Shown here: piece by piece, positions 40,103 through 53,639 of the stretch
How positions within the stretch are numbered: the first letter of the stretch is position 1
Layout of the letters: each line of letters starts with the position of its first letter
Source of the DNA: Vicugna vicugna
Taxonomy: Eukaryota
Direction: 5' to 3'
Length of the DNA: 64,000 nucleotides
NCBI GenBank assembly: GCA_013265495.1
Contig: MU058418.1
Span: 434,001-498,000 of the forward strand
Program-made: the position numbers and the translations under genes
The notes under the pieces: model-generated
What the model saw: only the letters and a program-made list of their open reading frames with translations
Told to the model about the DNA's origin: nothing
Databases searched by the model: none

Positions 40103-41896
40103 GTAATGACATTTAATGTCCCTTTGTTCATGCAAAGAAGGATTAACTATCTCAACCTGCCAGAATTGAGTTGCTTTGGGACTCGTTTTGTTGATTATGC
40201 CAATGGTTGATTTAAATGTACATCCCCGGTAGTGTTTTCCCATAAGCAGTATTCCACGGAATATAAAAGCACAACATAAAACAAAAATAGACACAGCTTA
40301 ATCTTTCAGCAACGGGAGAGCCAGCTAGACAAGGACTAGGGATCTTAAGCGCTGTGGTCCTGCCCACAAACTTATGGAAAGGGACCATATTTACTAACTT
40401 CTCCTAGTTTCCCAAGCCCTTTGATTTATCAATTGTTGAGGACTGGTGCTTTCTGTTAAGTGAAATGTTAGGGTTAGATTTTCAGACTGTAGGAGAGAAC
40501 CATTGTCCTTTTGGTAATTTCTTCCCCCCCACCCCTCTTTTGGTAGGAATTCTAAAGGAAAGTCCTATTTTTGTTTTATGTTTGAAGTTTTCACCCTTCT
40601 CTCGTCCCCACAGCCTTGGATAGTGTAAGGAGAGTAAGAAAGTGGTAGAGTAAGAAAGAAATTCTATAAGAATTTTCATCAAAGCCCAACCAAAGAGTAG
40701 AAATTAGCGGTTTGGCAGAGCTGAATCAACACTGATTCTGCTGGTGAGTAGCACTGCCAGATATGTCATGAGGGAAACCTAGAACCATTGGTGGGGATTG
40801 ATATGGATACTGAATTTATGAAGCTAAATTTGGATCAAGGGTTTGTTTGTCAAAGAAAAGGAGTATATGAGGAAGCAACCCATTTGGGGAACTTTAATAA
40901 AATGTGGGTAAAACTAATTGTGTGTCATCACTGGCAATTTGATCAGTATTTGTATTGCGTTCAGAATCTATTGGCGTAAACTACTTGTTCATGCATTTTA
41001 TTTTCAGTCTCTAAGATAGCGCTTTTCCTTCTTATGTACCAAGCAACGAAATCTAAATGAGCTGTCCTGCAGGCATGTGGAATTGAACGTACGTGACAAA
41101 TTTTATGTTAAGTTTGCTATGAAATTGTACACATCATGTTACAGAGATAGTATCATCAATTTCACTGTAAATGAAAAATGCAAGTCATGAGTTTATATCC
41201 CATAAACTAATCGCTCATATAATACTTGGTCTAGGTAAAAATCTTTGCCTCTGGGGAACATGGGAGAGTACCAGGATATGCTACTGGAGGGAAAAAGTTG
41301 TTTTCCATGTTGACTTTTTTTTTTTTTAATTCACATGAAAGGATAAAATTCATTATGTTTTCTTTATTACCATTTTTGTTAATTTTTAATGGGTATTAAT
41401 GGGTTAAATTAATCGGTCTATCCTGTGAAACAACAGGGTTTTTCCCCTCTAATTATTGGCTTCTTTCTCACTGGTTCTTTTGATTATATTATCACCCAAG
41501 TTTGTAATATAGTGGGACATAGTTACAGTACTGGGTTGGGGGTGCTTTTTAACCTTCTCCCCTGGTAGCCAGAGAGCGATACCTGCTATGTATCATTTTG
41601 TACATGGAAAAGGTTAATTGCCTCTCAATTTTCTATGGGCTTTTACAGTGCTAAAATTCATCACCACGATACAGTTGGGATATTAGCTATCCTAGTGGAG
41701 CAAATTATAAAGGAGCCCATTGGAAATTTATGGTAACACGCCTGAAAAGGTCCAGAATGGTCTGTGGAGTTCTGGTAAAGTGTTTAAAGATTTGCAAGAA
41801 AACATTTTTATTCCATAGCGATTTTACTTGAGAAAATGTGGTTATAAGGAAAATAAGTCCTTTTGTCATATTGAATGTAATTTTTTTCTTTTACAG

Positions 41897-42082
41897 AAAA
41901 TTCTTTGCCAAAACCAAAATTACCTGAGGACAGTGTTATCTCACCATACAATATAAGCACAGGCTATTCAGGGCTTGCCACAGGAAATGGACTCAGTGAC
42001 TCACCCGCAGGGTCAAAGGATCATGGCAATGTGCCCATTATTGTACCTTTAATTCCGCCACCTTTCATAAAGCCTCCGGCAG
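41897..42082 (+). CDS. SOBP: SOBP coding exon 3 (186 nt, [62 protein letters not shown]+G)
   Basis: Poly-T tract plus ttacag| acceptor and CAG|GTAAGT donor; phase 1 matches the end of exon 2; proline-rich SOBP segment. The CDS continues beyond the window. Confidence 0.96.
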
Positions 42083-43489
42083 GTAAGTCACTACTGGGGC
42101 TTCCCATGATAACGACTTACAGAAAATTGTTTTAACCAACCTATGATAATTATTAAATGTTCAAGTTAATTTTTGAAAAGACTATTTTAAGGGACTTTGT
42201 AGATAAGAAATATTAGTGCCTGTATTATTTAAAATAGTATTGTTTTTTAAACAAATTCCCCAATCTACAACTACTTAGGCTGTCAGTTTTCAGCTGACAA
42301 TAAACTTTTCCTATCCCTGGCTATAAAAAAAATATTTTCCTTCTCTGAAATCATGTTTAAAGTTAAAAAAGGATGAACTAATTTAAAAAATAAAATACAG
42401 ACTGGCTGGTTAGCAAGAACAAAAGTAACCATGGTTGAGCCGGGTAGTGGTACAGTGGGGACCACGTCTCCTCTGTGAATTTTCTGAAGGATGGGGCAGT
42501 TTGTAAAGCATGTATGGCAGGCTTGTTCCTCAGTGTGCCTTCTTCTAAATCCACTTAAGAAGCAACCTGGGTTAGCCATCTCTGCTACAGAGTTCTTTTT
42601 AATTCCTGGAAAGCTCTCTTTGAGAGCTTAAAAAAAAAGTGGAGATCTGACTTTCACTTGCATGAAAATATAATCAGTGCTTTTATGTTTCCAGAAAATT
42701 AGATGGTGGTATATTAAGCTGGATGGCAGTGGGCTGAGCATGATGTGATATTGCAAGCTAGGTTACAGTTATGCTCCACACAGACAGAGGCGTTCAATAA
42801 TATTGTATCTGGTTTGCTGTAAAGTGTTAGAATTATGCTAGAATGATTAATTGCTATACTGGTTATATTTCTGTATGTTGAATTGAACAATGATAAATAC
42901 TGCATTTTGAGAGCAGTACTTATTGTAACTCACTAAAGGTAATGCTTGTTTTTTGTTTAGTTTTTTTTGTTTGCTTGTTTTTCTAGGGAAGATATGTGTT
43001 CGGTTACATTTCCGTAAACAATGAAGGTATTTGTAGATATAAATTCCTGGGCTTACGTTATAGATATATTTACCGTATCTTCTAAGTGTTACTAACATTT
43101 TCTTTCATGATATGGGCACATTCTCTTGCTTGCCTGCTACATTTTAGCAGTAAAAGTGTCCTTTCACACCGAGGTCCTCAGATATGTTATCAAAGTCCAT
43201 TTACCTATCAAAATCATTTGTAATTGTGTTTGTCTACTAAATACTAACGTTATTTGTATATCATAAAAAGTTTGTCTTTCGAATGACATTATTCTCTTTT
43301 GGTTGATTATTTTGTGGTGCTGAGGGGCCCAAATTTATCTCCCAAAGGTCAAAGGACATATTTTGCATAGGACAACGGGAGAGAAGGGTGACTAATTTTG
43401 TAAATGTAGGTTCCTGTTTGCATGTAGGTCCAGTGGCTTAGGTGAGTGAAGCTGATGATGAGGGTATCAATAAGGCAGAGTGACTAAGT

Positions 43490-43695
43490 AGAAAGAACAC
43501 GGGCTTCAGATTCAGACAGATTGGGTTCAAATCTGGGCTTTGTCATTTGCCAGCTCTGTGAATGTGGACAAGTTACGTAATTTCCCCGTCTGTAAAATGG
43601 GGATCACAGTTTCACCTCATGGGATAATTGTAGCCACGAGATGAGAAAAAGCACTAGCATAGTGCCTGCCACACGAAGAGCATTTAGTAAACACC
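43490..43695 (+). mobile_element. MIR SINE
   Basis: TGGGTTCAAAT, TCTGTAAAATGGGGAT and GCATAGTGCCTG core motifs. Confidence 0.7.
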
Positions 43696-44298
43696 ATGCC
43701 TCTTTTTCTTTTTTCTTTTTTCAGTCCTTATTCTGCCCTAGAGTTATCATGCACATAATGTGTGCATAAAAAGGTATGCATCCAAATGCAAATTCCCCTC
43801 TAAGATTTATTTGAGCAGAGCAAACAGCTCTAGAAATTAGCATAGCTGAGGCTACCATGAGTTTGGCATGCCAAAAAACCTGCCCTGGAGTTTCCTGCTG
43901 AGCCAGCCACGTGGAATTCAAGCACACAGCTCCTATTTAACTCTAATTCCACATCAGATCAGGAAATAAATATGCAAAGGATAGAGGCCAAAAATTGAGC
44001 CTTGGAAGCCTTAGATGTAGGAACTCTGAGGAATTAGAAGCCAGAGTAACAACACCAGCGGTTTTATACTGTCTTCCATGGAACTCCAAGGTGCTCATCT
44101 GTTGAAAGCAGAACATGGGGAAGGACGTGTTTAATTTTCTGTATCTGCTCTAAACCTTGACTTGGTCCTACTCCAGGGTTCTATATGACAAGACCAAGAT
44201 ACACAAAGTTTCTCTGCCTTCAAGGAGCTGACTCTGTTATTCCCTAAGCAAAAACTTAGAGGAGAGGTGAATTTTTGATTTAGTCATGTTATCTGGTG

Positions 44299-44516
44299 CA
44301 GTGGTCTGTAACCTTTTTCTGTAAAGGGCCAGATAGTATTTTAGGCTTTGGAACTATACCGTCTCTTTCATGACCACCGAGCTCTGCTGTGACAGCAGAA
44401 AAGCAGCTACAGATGATACGTAAACAAATGGGTGTGGCCGTGTTCTAATAAGACTTCATTTACAATAAAAGGCAGTGGGCCTGGTTTGGCTCAGGGACCA
44501 TAGCTTGCTGACCCTG
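44299..44516 (+). mobile_element. MER58A (hAT-Charlie) MITE
   Basis: CAG..TTTTTCTGTAAAGGGCCAGATAGTA..TTTTAGGCTTTG ... TAGCTTGCTGACCCTG. Confidence 0.85.
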
Positions 44517-47500
44517 GCATTAGGGTAAGATTGGCAAAAGTCTCGTAGTAACAGGAAGGTGAATAGAGTTTCTAAAAGTCAGGCCGTGAGCTTTGCCAGG
44601 GTGCTCTGTGTAATATCAAAAGGAAGGGACAGTGACAGAGCAGAAAAATAGCAGTTTCCAGGGTGTGTGGTGGGCTCCGGCACATAACAGATACTCTATC
44701 AGTGTTTGTTGAATAAATGAATGAATGATATTCAAGTTCCTCTTGCGCATGCATAATAAGATAGTACGGGCTGCTTTGTTGTTCTCTGAGAAAATGCTAA
44801 GATCATGTTTGAATTAGTTCCAACCTGTCTGACCTTGACCATAGCCTTCCTGACAGTGAGGTATTTATCCATAGATAAGTATAAAGTCTACACATTGTTC
44901 AAAAATTTCCCACTAGTTAATCATTTCAGTTCTTCCTTTCGCTAAAACCTTTCCCCGAATTGTTATCCAAGGTAATCGAGTTGAGGGATGCTCACTGTCA
45001 CTTTTCTAGCCATATATAGGTTAACGTGGCGTTCCTGTGGGACACTAATAAATGATACAATGACGAGGAGCAAAAGGTCCCTTGATAATCAGCCCCTGAA
45101 TAATTAAGAGTTGACTGTATCCTGCACGTGTCCACCTCTTGGGATAGGGGAGATGAGGATTGTATGTATGCTTTGGATTCCTGGGAAGAAAATAATGATT
45201 AGCGTTTAACTTGTTCCTGTTGTACTATAAACCTATTAGCTATGTGAAAATGCAAATAATACCTTATGCCTGTATCAAACCCTGTACAGTTTATGAAACT
45301 CATTCAAATTTATTATTTTATTTAATTTGATCTTAACAATAACCCTGGTAAATAGCATTTTAGGTATCATTAAATAAAGAACTGAAGCTCAAATAGGTTA
45401 AAAAGCTTTCTCAAGGTCAGGTGGCTTCTAAACACCTGAGTCAAGACTAGCAGTAAGGTCTTCTGACTCCCAATCCAATATAAAGTTGCCTTTTCAGTGT
45501 ATTTATACAATACCTCCTTGGACCGTATCCGAGTAAGAAGACTTATTAATCTGCTTCTTCAGAGTCCCTAGTGACAGGGGATACAACTTGTTCCTTCACA
45601 GGGTTGTTTTCCCCAAATCCACATCTTTTGAGAGACTTGCTAAGTTCTCTGAGTCTGAGCATCTGTGGTTCTGTGAACCTGGATGACCTAGTAGGCATAA
45701 AACCCCAGCTTGGTTTTAAGGTCTTGCCATCATGAGGCGAGTTGCTTCTGCTCCGAGGTACCAGAGAGCTCCGTCTGGTCAGACACTAGCTCCAGAGAGT
45801 GTTTCATGTGCTCAGGCGGGCTCACCACTGGATCCCATCCATGTCTGGCAGCCAGTGGGCCCAGTGGAATACTCGTGATCGGGAACACGGTGATACCACA
45901 CTCTCTTGGATTTCCACTCTCCTTTTGCACAGCTGCAGACAGAAGTGTGGGTGTAGCTTATTCCCGGGCCTGGGGAGCTGCTTGTCTCTCCCCGCGCCCC
46001 TTTCCTTCCGAGAATGGGAACTCCTTGGGCTTTGGTGATTACCACAAGCACTGACCCTGCTTTGGCTACATGTTTCAATCCAATTTCATCTGATTTCCGA
46101 GGCTAAGCCGTCCTTCCCCCCTCAGAGACAGAAGCTGGCCCTTGGTGTAGGGTTTGTGACATCACAGTCGTTACTATGGTAATAGACTTGCTATAAACAC
46201 AGAATAATAGCCCTGCTTTTACTTTTGTTTTCTCTCCAAGCAGTGAAGGGAATCACCATGCTTCTTAAGTAAGAATTACAGACTTTCCTACAGACTCGAG
46301 AAGTGTACAGAATAAGGTTTTGCTGTGCAGACTCGCCATTTAAAAAAATGTTATAAGAATCATATTAGAAAATAATAGAAAATATCAACCAACTCTCTTT
46401 TTTTAATGCCAATATTCCTTTATCCTTTAAGTCAGAATGAATATGAAAATCTCCTTCTTTGCTAATTTAAAAAACCACAGCATAAGCATGGTCTGAAGTG
46501 GCAGAATATGTATCAGCAAGAGTTTTGAGAGATAACTCAGGTTAATTACACTGTAACCTTGCTGTCATTCTTCTCATATTAGAGATTTTAATATGGGTTC
46601 AACCCTTTGGGACTGCATTCAAAGAGAGTTGTGCCGGTAAAGGACTTTCAGCATGGATGGTAAGAACTGTACAATAATGAGTCTCCATCAAAATGCTTAC
46701 GCCTGCTCTGCTCCCCTACAAGTCTGACTATTGAAGTAAAGCCATTCAAAATGAATTTTAAATGGATTTTTTAAAACAAAGATCTTATATTGGTCTTTAT
46801 TGCTTTACAAGTGTAATAACATCTAGCTCCATTTATCAGACATCAGTCCTCTGTAGTGGTTGGGTAAGCTTGGGTCTCCCCAGCCTTGCCTACCTCTGGC
46901 TAAAGCAACCAGCTGGGACTTTTGAACCAGGATTTTTTATCTCCTAGTCTCAGACTTGTTCCATAAACAACATTTTGCTCTCCAAACTTAAAAAAGTCAG
47001 TAAAACTGTTAGCGTAATTGTTTTTATTCATAAGGTAAAGACGAAATCCAGTGACTTAGCTAGAGAAAGTTTCACTGAGCCTGGCTGCAGAAAACACTGT
47101 GTATCTAGGAAATGATATTTTAGATCTGAGTCTTTTGACAGGTTTTTTCAGAGGCTTACAACTTGCCTATTACAAGTCCACAAACCCTCTAAATCCCTGA
47201 ATACTTTAAAATAAAATGAAACATGAAAAACGGAGTGAATATACTTCTCTGGATGCATTTATATGGCAGTTTTGAAGAAAATGTCTTTTACCTCAAATAA
47301 TAAGTGACCTTATTCTCATTCTCTCGTGTGTTCCCACGTGTGAGGTGAAAGGTAGAGTCCACACACACAGCGCACACAGGTTTGTGTGGAGGGACATGAG
47401 ATTAAGCTCCTAAGACCAGCTTGATTTCCTGTGTGCAGAAAAGTCTTGCCTTTCTTGGAAAACAATGACCATTTCCTGTCTTCCAGGATGGTTTGCTTTC

Positions 47501-48109
47501 AGCGAGCGTTCCAACTTCGTGTTCAGTCATAGTCATGGAAATATGATATATTTTTTCAGGCAAATCTTTAAATTCTTAAGGGGTTATAGGAACTGGGCTC
47601 TAAGGAACCATTAGCTTAACTGAGAATATGGAAACATTCACGTGATCTGCTAAGCTCTATGTATATAGCTGAGTAACCCACAGTTAATAAGCATGTTACT
47701 TTTTGGCTCTTATAATTCTTACATGGAGTTGTTCTTGCAGGGAAGCGGGAATCAGAATGTGGTTTGCATTATGATCATTATTTATTTTATCTGTTATTTA
47801 ATATTCTTGGGGCTTGCATATGAATGCTGTATTCCAAATAGCCATTGAGAAAACAGGATTTAATAGAAATTACTTTGCCTTTTATTTATTTGTCCAACTT
47901 TTAAAATATGATTATTAAATAAAATTACCTAGAGTTAATGGGATTTGGATAACTTACTATTTATGTACAGATACATTTCTCAACAAAAAGAAGAGATTCA
48001 CTGAACCCTCAGATTTGTAGAGTTTTCCAAACCACTAAGGACAAGGACAGGAGGAATTATGGTGAAAGGCAGGAATAGGAGTAGTTAATAACAGTATCGA
48101 TGTAATCTC

Positions 48110-48340
48110 ATCATAGCTACTATTTTTTGAGCATTTATTATGGGCCAGGCATTGTGCTAATAGATGATCTTATCTAATTGTCAGAAAAACTCTCTGTGGA
48201 TGCTGTTATTAACCTTGTTTTACAGGTGAGGAAACTGAGAACCAGAAAAGTTAAGCAATTTGCCTGAGGTCACACAGGTAATAAGTGGCTGAGCTGATAG
48301 TCAAACTTAGGCATAGTGTCCCTTTAACCCGTATTCTACC
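48110..48340 (-). mobile_element. MIR SINE
   Basis: TTTTACAGGTGAGGAAACTGAG..AGTTAAGCAATTTGCCTGAGGTCACACAG. Confidence 0.8.
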
Positions 48341-51131
48341 ACTGGATTATCCAAAACACTATGTCTGTCTTTCAGTCAATAATGTATTTACTGACTGTTC
48401 TTCACATTGCATGAGACAATACACATAGATGGAGAGAGAGATAGATAATACAAATATGTATATAGTGTATATTATTATCCCTGACCACCAAGAATTTACA
48501 GGGTACTTGATAAATAACCAAAACATCATTCTAGTTTGACTTTAGAAAGAATGACATAATTTCAGCAACATTTAGAGGGTGCAGGGTGGGAGCAGAAGGG
48601 TAGTTAAAGTGGAGTAGCAGAAAGACTGTGGGCAGATAATCAGGAACTATTGAATTTGTATAGTTGAGAAGAAATGACATCTGAAACATAATGTAGGCTA
48701 GGAGATAGTTATTTGAAATTCAGAGTGATAAAAAAGACAAAATGAAGTCTTGAAATGTTAGCTACTATGATGTGGGTCCTGTTTCATCTTTTCTTATACA
48801 ATCAAAGGATCTTGAAAAAGTGTAAGTCAAATTTCGATGTGTTCAGTCATTCTTACTGCCAAATGGATTGTGTAGTTAGAATGGTAGCATGATGTGGTGG
48901 AAGGACTATCAGAGCAAGAACCAGGACACCTGGATTGTTAATGCCAACTCTGCCGTTTACTGGCTAGATAATCTTGAATAAGCCACTTAGCCCCTTTGAG
49001 CCTCAATTTCCTTGTCTGAAAATGATGTGGTTAGCTTAGGTAATCTGGAATGTCCCTACATTTATAAAACCTTGATTTTGTGACTTGTATAGTGAATTGT
49101 CTAGCTGATTCTATGACTTGAAAGGGTCTATTTCAATATGGCATAATATATATTTGTGAATTGATTGAATATATTTAAAGCACATTTACCTATGTCTGTA
49201 GTTTCGGCACCTGAAAGTCTGATGGAAGATTTATGCTGCTTAGGACAACTTTCAGTGATTGATTGTTAATTTTTACTCTGAAAGAGTGACTTGAAATAAT
49301 AAATTTGAAATTTGAAGAAAGTGCTAGAAAGTGCAAAATTTGAGTAAATAAAAAGACTGTATCACCCATATGTTAACAAACTTAATTATTTTGATGTTAC
49401 ACATAAGTTGTGATCACTGGAATTCCCAGAATTTCTGCAAAAGAGAAGTCACATTATGTCTAATTTAATTTACCAAAACAGTCACAAGAAGAAATAGAAA
49501 ACCTGAGTAATCCTTAATTTCCTGAAGGTAAGGAAATTAAATAATTAAATCCTTTTTATGAAGAACTTGCTAGATTGAGATTGCTTCAGTGTTAAGTTCT
49601 AGCATTTAAGGAAAAAATAAAACCAAACTCAGAGAAACTCTCTTAGAGAATAGAAATGAAACACTTTCACTCATTTTATGATCCCAGCATGATCTTGATT
49701 CCATCACATGACAAAGGCATGAATGATAATTTAATGTAACTTGATTACATTAAGTGGAGAACTTCTCTTCATCATGAATAATGATCCAAAAATCCTGAAC
49801 AAAATCATATCAAGCCAAAGTCAGTGATATAAACAACAGGATAGTGCATCATGACTAATTTGGATTTTTTTTCCCTAGGAATGTAAGGTTGAGTTAAATT
49901 TTAAAAATTAGTCAGTATTGTTAACCACATTAACAGAATAAAATAAAATGTCATACAATATTCTCAATAGATGCAGAAACATAATTTGATAGAATTTAAC
50001 ACAACAATAAAAACTCTTGGCAAAGCAGGAATAGAATGAAACTTCCATAATAAGGCAAAAAATATCCACAAAAACTTACAGCAAATATACTTAACAGTGA
50101 AATATTGAAATTTTGAGATGAAGAATGAGATAAAGATAACCACCATCACCACTTTAATTTTGTGCTAGAATTCATACTCAGTATAATAAGGCAAGAAAAA
50201 GAAACAAAATATTATAAGATTTGAATTGTTTATAACCTCTCTACCTCACTAATATACAGGTCAACTATTATAATTAATGAGTGTATTTATCAATGTCTAA
50301 ACACAGTCAATGCCCCCAAATCCATCATATCTCTACGTACCAGCCGTACACATGCAGAAGAACAAACTTAAAAATACCATTTAAAATAGCATCAAATCAT
50401 CAAATATCCAGGGAAGAAAAAATCTAACAAAATGTGTGCAGGATTGTTGCACAGAAAACTACCAATATTGCTGAGAGAAATGAAAGAAAACCTAAATCAA
50501 TGGAGGGATACATCATATTTATGTTTTGGAGACTAAATATTCTAAAAAGGCAGATTATTCCTAAATTGATCTATATATTTAATTCTGATAAAAATTCCAG
50601 CATCAAATGTTGTGGAAATTAAAAGGCTATTTCTAAAATGTACGTGGAGATGCAAAAGGGTAAGAATAGCCAAGACTATCTTGAAGGAAAAAAAAATTGA
50701 AAGACTTATGCCAGCAGATCTCAAAATTTATTATAAGACTACAATAATTATTAATTAATTAATATTATTAGTGTTAGTTGTTGCTATTGTTATCCTTTGA
50801 CCTTATCTAAAATTATCCTTTAGGAATCTGTTGATCTGTATTTGAGACATAAAAGAGGATGCTTCATGTCCATTATCTTTTGGTTTAACTTTTGTAAAGA
50901 ACCTTTTCTTGCAATTATGAAATATATAAATTTTGGAAAAGTGCAAAAAACATAAAAGTGTTCTTTTGTAGACAGTGATCCTTGTCTGCTCATACCTTCT
51001 TTCCTCCAAGAGGTAACAACTTTTATGGTAATCATTGCCCTCTTTTCTTCTATAGTTTAAACACCTCAGTATGCCTCCCTATGTGATATAGTTTATTTTT
51101 GCCTATTTTTGGACTTCAGATAATGAAATTT

Positions 51132-51568
51132 TGGTAGCCAGCTTCCAAGATGACCCCCAATTATCCTGGCCCCCTGGTGATATCTTCTTACATTGAATCA
51201 AAGATGGTCTGTGTGACCAACTTCTAAGGCTATCATCAAAGGTTATTGCAGTTTCTGCCTAATTCTCACAGATTATTCACTCTTGAGGGGAATAGAGGGG
51301 AGCATGAGGAAACTCAAGCAGTCCTGTGAAGCAGTCCATGTGGACAGGAACTGAAGCTTCCCATCAATAGCCAGCACCGACTTGCCAGCCCCGTGTCTGA
51401 GCCACCTTACAAGTGGATCCCTCAGCCTGAGTCAAGCCTTCAGATCACTGCAGCCCCCCAAAACATTTGATTGTAACCTCATGAGTGATCCTGAGCCAAA
51501 ATTGCTCCAAACTACCCTCAAATCTCAGACCCACAGTAACCATGAACAATAATAAATGATTTCTGTTG
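51132..51568 (+). mobile_element. MaLR solo LTR (MLT1F-like)
   Basis: TGGTAGCCAGCTTCCAAGATGACCCCCA start; GTCAAGCCTTCAGAT..TGCAGCCCC..AACCTCATGAG. Confidence 0.72.
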
Positions 51569-51671
51569 AATTAAAAAAAGACAATGAGATAATGATATAA
51601 AGATATATATATATAAACCATTGTAATAGAATGCAGAAGCAAGTCTAAATGGATACTTAATTTATAACAAA

Positions 51672-52042
51672 TGTGTGAGCCAGCTTGAGTTCCCATAATA
51701 AAATACCCTATCCTGTGTGGCTTAAATAAACAGAATTTATTTCCTCACAATTCTAATGAATGGAAGTCCAAGATCAAGGTCATCAGGGCTGATGTCTCAT
51801 AAGGACTCTCTCTGTGAGTTGCAGTGGCAGCCTTTTCCCTGGGTCCTCACATGGCAGAGACAGACAGCAATCTCTCTTGTGTTTCTTCTTATAAGGGCAC
51901 TAATCCCATCAGACTAGGGCTGTACCCTCATGACCTCATCTCACCCTAACTCTCAAAGGCCCCATCACCAAACAGTATCTCACATTGGGAGTTAAGACTT
52001 CAATGTGAATTAGCGAGGGACACAAACATTCAGTCCATAACA
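51672..52042 (-). mobile_element. MaLR solo LTR (MLT1A-like), full length
   Basis: TG...CAGTCCATAACA termini; 5-bp TSD ACAAA at 51667-51671 and 52043-52047; GGAAGTCCAAGATCAAGGT and CTTATAAGGGCACTAATCCCAT motifs. Confidence 0.85.
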
Positions 52043-53390
52043 ACAAAGATGACACTGTAGATCAGTGAGGAAAGAACAGTCCTCTCAATAGATGTACTTA
52101 TGGGAAAAAATGTGTGTTGATTCTTTACTTCACACTGTTCACAAAAACCAGTTCTTGATGGATTGTTGATCTAACTGTAATAGGTTGAACATTAGAGCTT
52201 GCAGAAGAAAGCCTAAGAGAATATATTTATGATCTTGGATGGGCCAATATTTCTTAAACTCTACACCAAAAACACTAACCATAAAGAAACAGGTTGATTA
52301 AATAGACTTTATTGAAGTTGAGAATTTCTGTTGATTAAAAGGCATCTTTTGAGTGAATGAAATAGCAAATCACTCGGTGGGAGGTGATATTTGTGATACA
52401 TACCCCACAAAAGACTCATATTCACAATATATAAAGAACCCCTAGAAATAAAAAAGAAATCATTCCAATAGCAAAATGAGCAAAAAAAAATATATAACAC
52501 CAAAGAAAATATCCAAGTGACCTCCCAAAATATTAAAAGTTTTTCAATCTTGCTCATTAGGAAAATAAAATTTTAAATCACAGTGAGATACCAGTACACA
52601 ACATTAGAATGGCTAAAATGAAAAAGACTGACAATATCCAGTGCTGGGAGGATATAGAGCAACTGGAACTCTCATGCGTTGCTGGTGAGAGTGTCAGTCA
52701 GTATAACCACTCTTGAAGGCTGATTGCCAATATCTATTATTGCTGAACATACATATATCCTATTATCCAATAATTCCATCCTAGATACATACTCAATGTA
52801 AACATGTATGTATGTGAGCTGAAGACATTTAGAAGAACCTCTGTAGTAGCATTTATTCACCACAGCTAAAAACTGGGAACAGTTTAAATGTTCATCAACA
52901 GTAGTTAACATTGTCTCCTAGGGGTCCCTTGGATGGGCTTAGGTGGGTGAAGTGTGGGCCTTGAAGTTGAATGTGAAGTTGTGTGTATATCACATATGCA
53001 TAGCTCAGAGAAAAAAAATTGTCTCAAAAAATATTGAGTCCTTGACTTAGAGACCTAAATTTCAAAATGAATAAAGTTTTTTAACTCCTTCTCTTGATTT
53101 CAGCAACTAAGTTCTAGACGGTAATTCTAACATTTTTTTTATCCTATGTTTAGTCTGTTCATAGTTTCCTTAAATCAAGCATTTAAAAATCTCATCACTT
53201 TATTATTAAAGAATTATCAACAATTTACATGAATTATATCATGGTGAAGCCTAAAAATTAGGTTATAGGCTTAAGACATAAATATCTCTCACAGTGGTGT
53301 ACTTGAGAGCTACTTTTGATATGGTGTAAAGTGGAGAGAAATGAAGGGGCCCAGGTGAGTGACAAAAACAGGATACACATTACTCTACAT

Positions 53391-53604
53391 CAGTGGTTCT
53401 TATCATGGGTAAATTTGCCCCTCAAGGCACACTGGGCAGTATCTGGAGATATTTTTGGTTGTCACAACTGGGAGAGGGGGTGGTACTGGCATGTAGAGAG
53501 TAGAGGCCAGGGATGAGGCTTAACATCCTGCAATGCACAGGACAGCCCCACACAAGGAATTATCTGGCTGAAAATGTCAACAGTGCCATGGTTAAGAAAC
53601 CAGG
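53391..53604 (+). mobile_element. MER20 (hAT-Charlie) MITE
   Basis: CAGTGGTTCT...TTTTTGGTTGTCACAACTGG...GTAGAGGCCAGGGATG...AAGAAACC; imperfect 8-bp TSD. Confidence 0.85.
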
Positions 53605-53639
53605 CTGTACAGGGATGGCAACTCTGTGCATGGGGCACC

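Larger units (their letters stand above)
49470..52905 (+). mobile_element. Old L1M ORF2-to-3' fragment with nested insertions
   Basis: Degenerate ORF2 motifs (TCTCAATAGATGCAGAAA, AGAATAGCCAAGACTATCTTGAAG, TTAGAATGGCTAAAATGAAAAAGACTGACAAT) with many stops; interrupted at about 50750-51570 and 51672-52042. Confidence 0.75.

Noticed and set aside
41905..42135. 76-aa ORF as a standalone protein
   Set aside because: It is SOBP exon 3 plus intron read-through, and its start codon is TTG.
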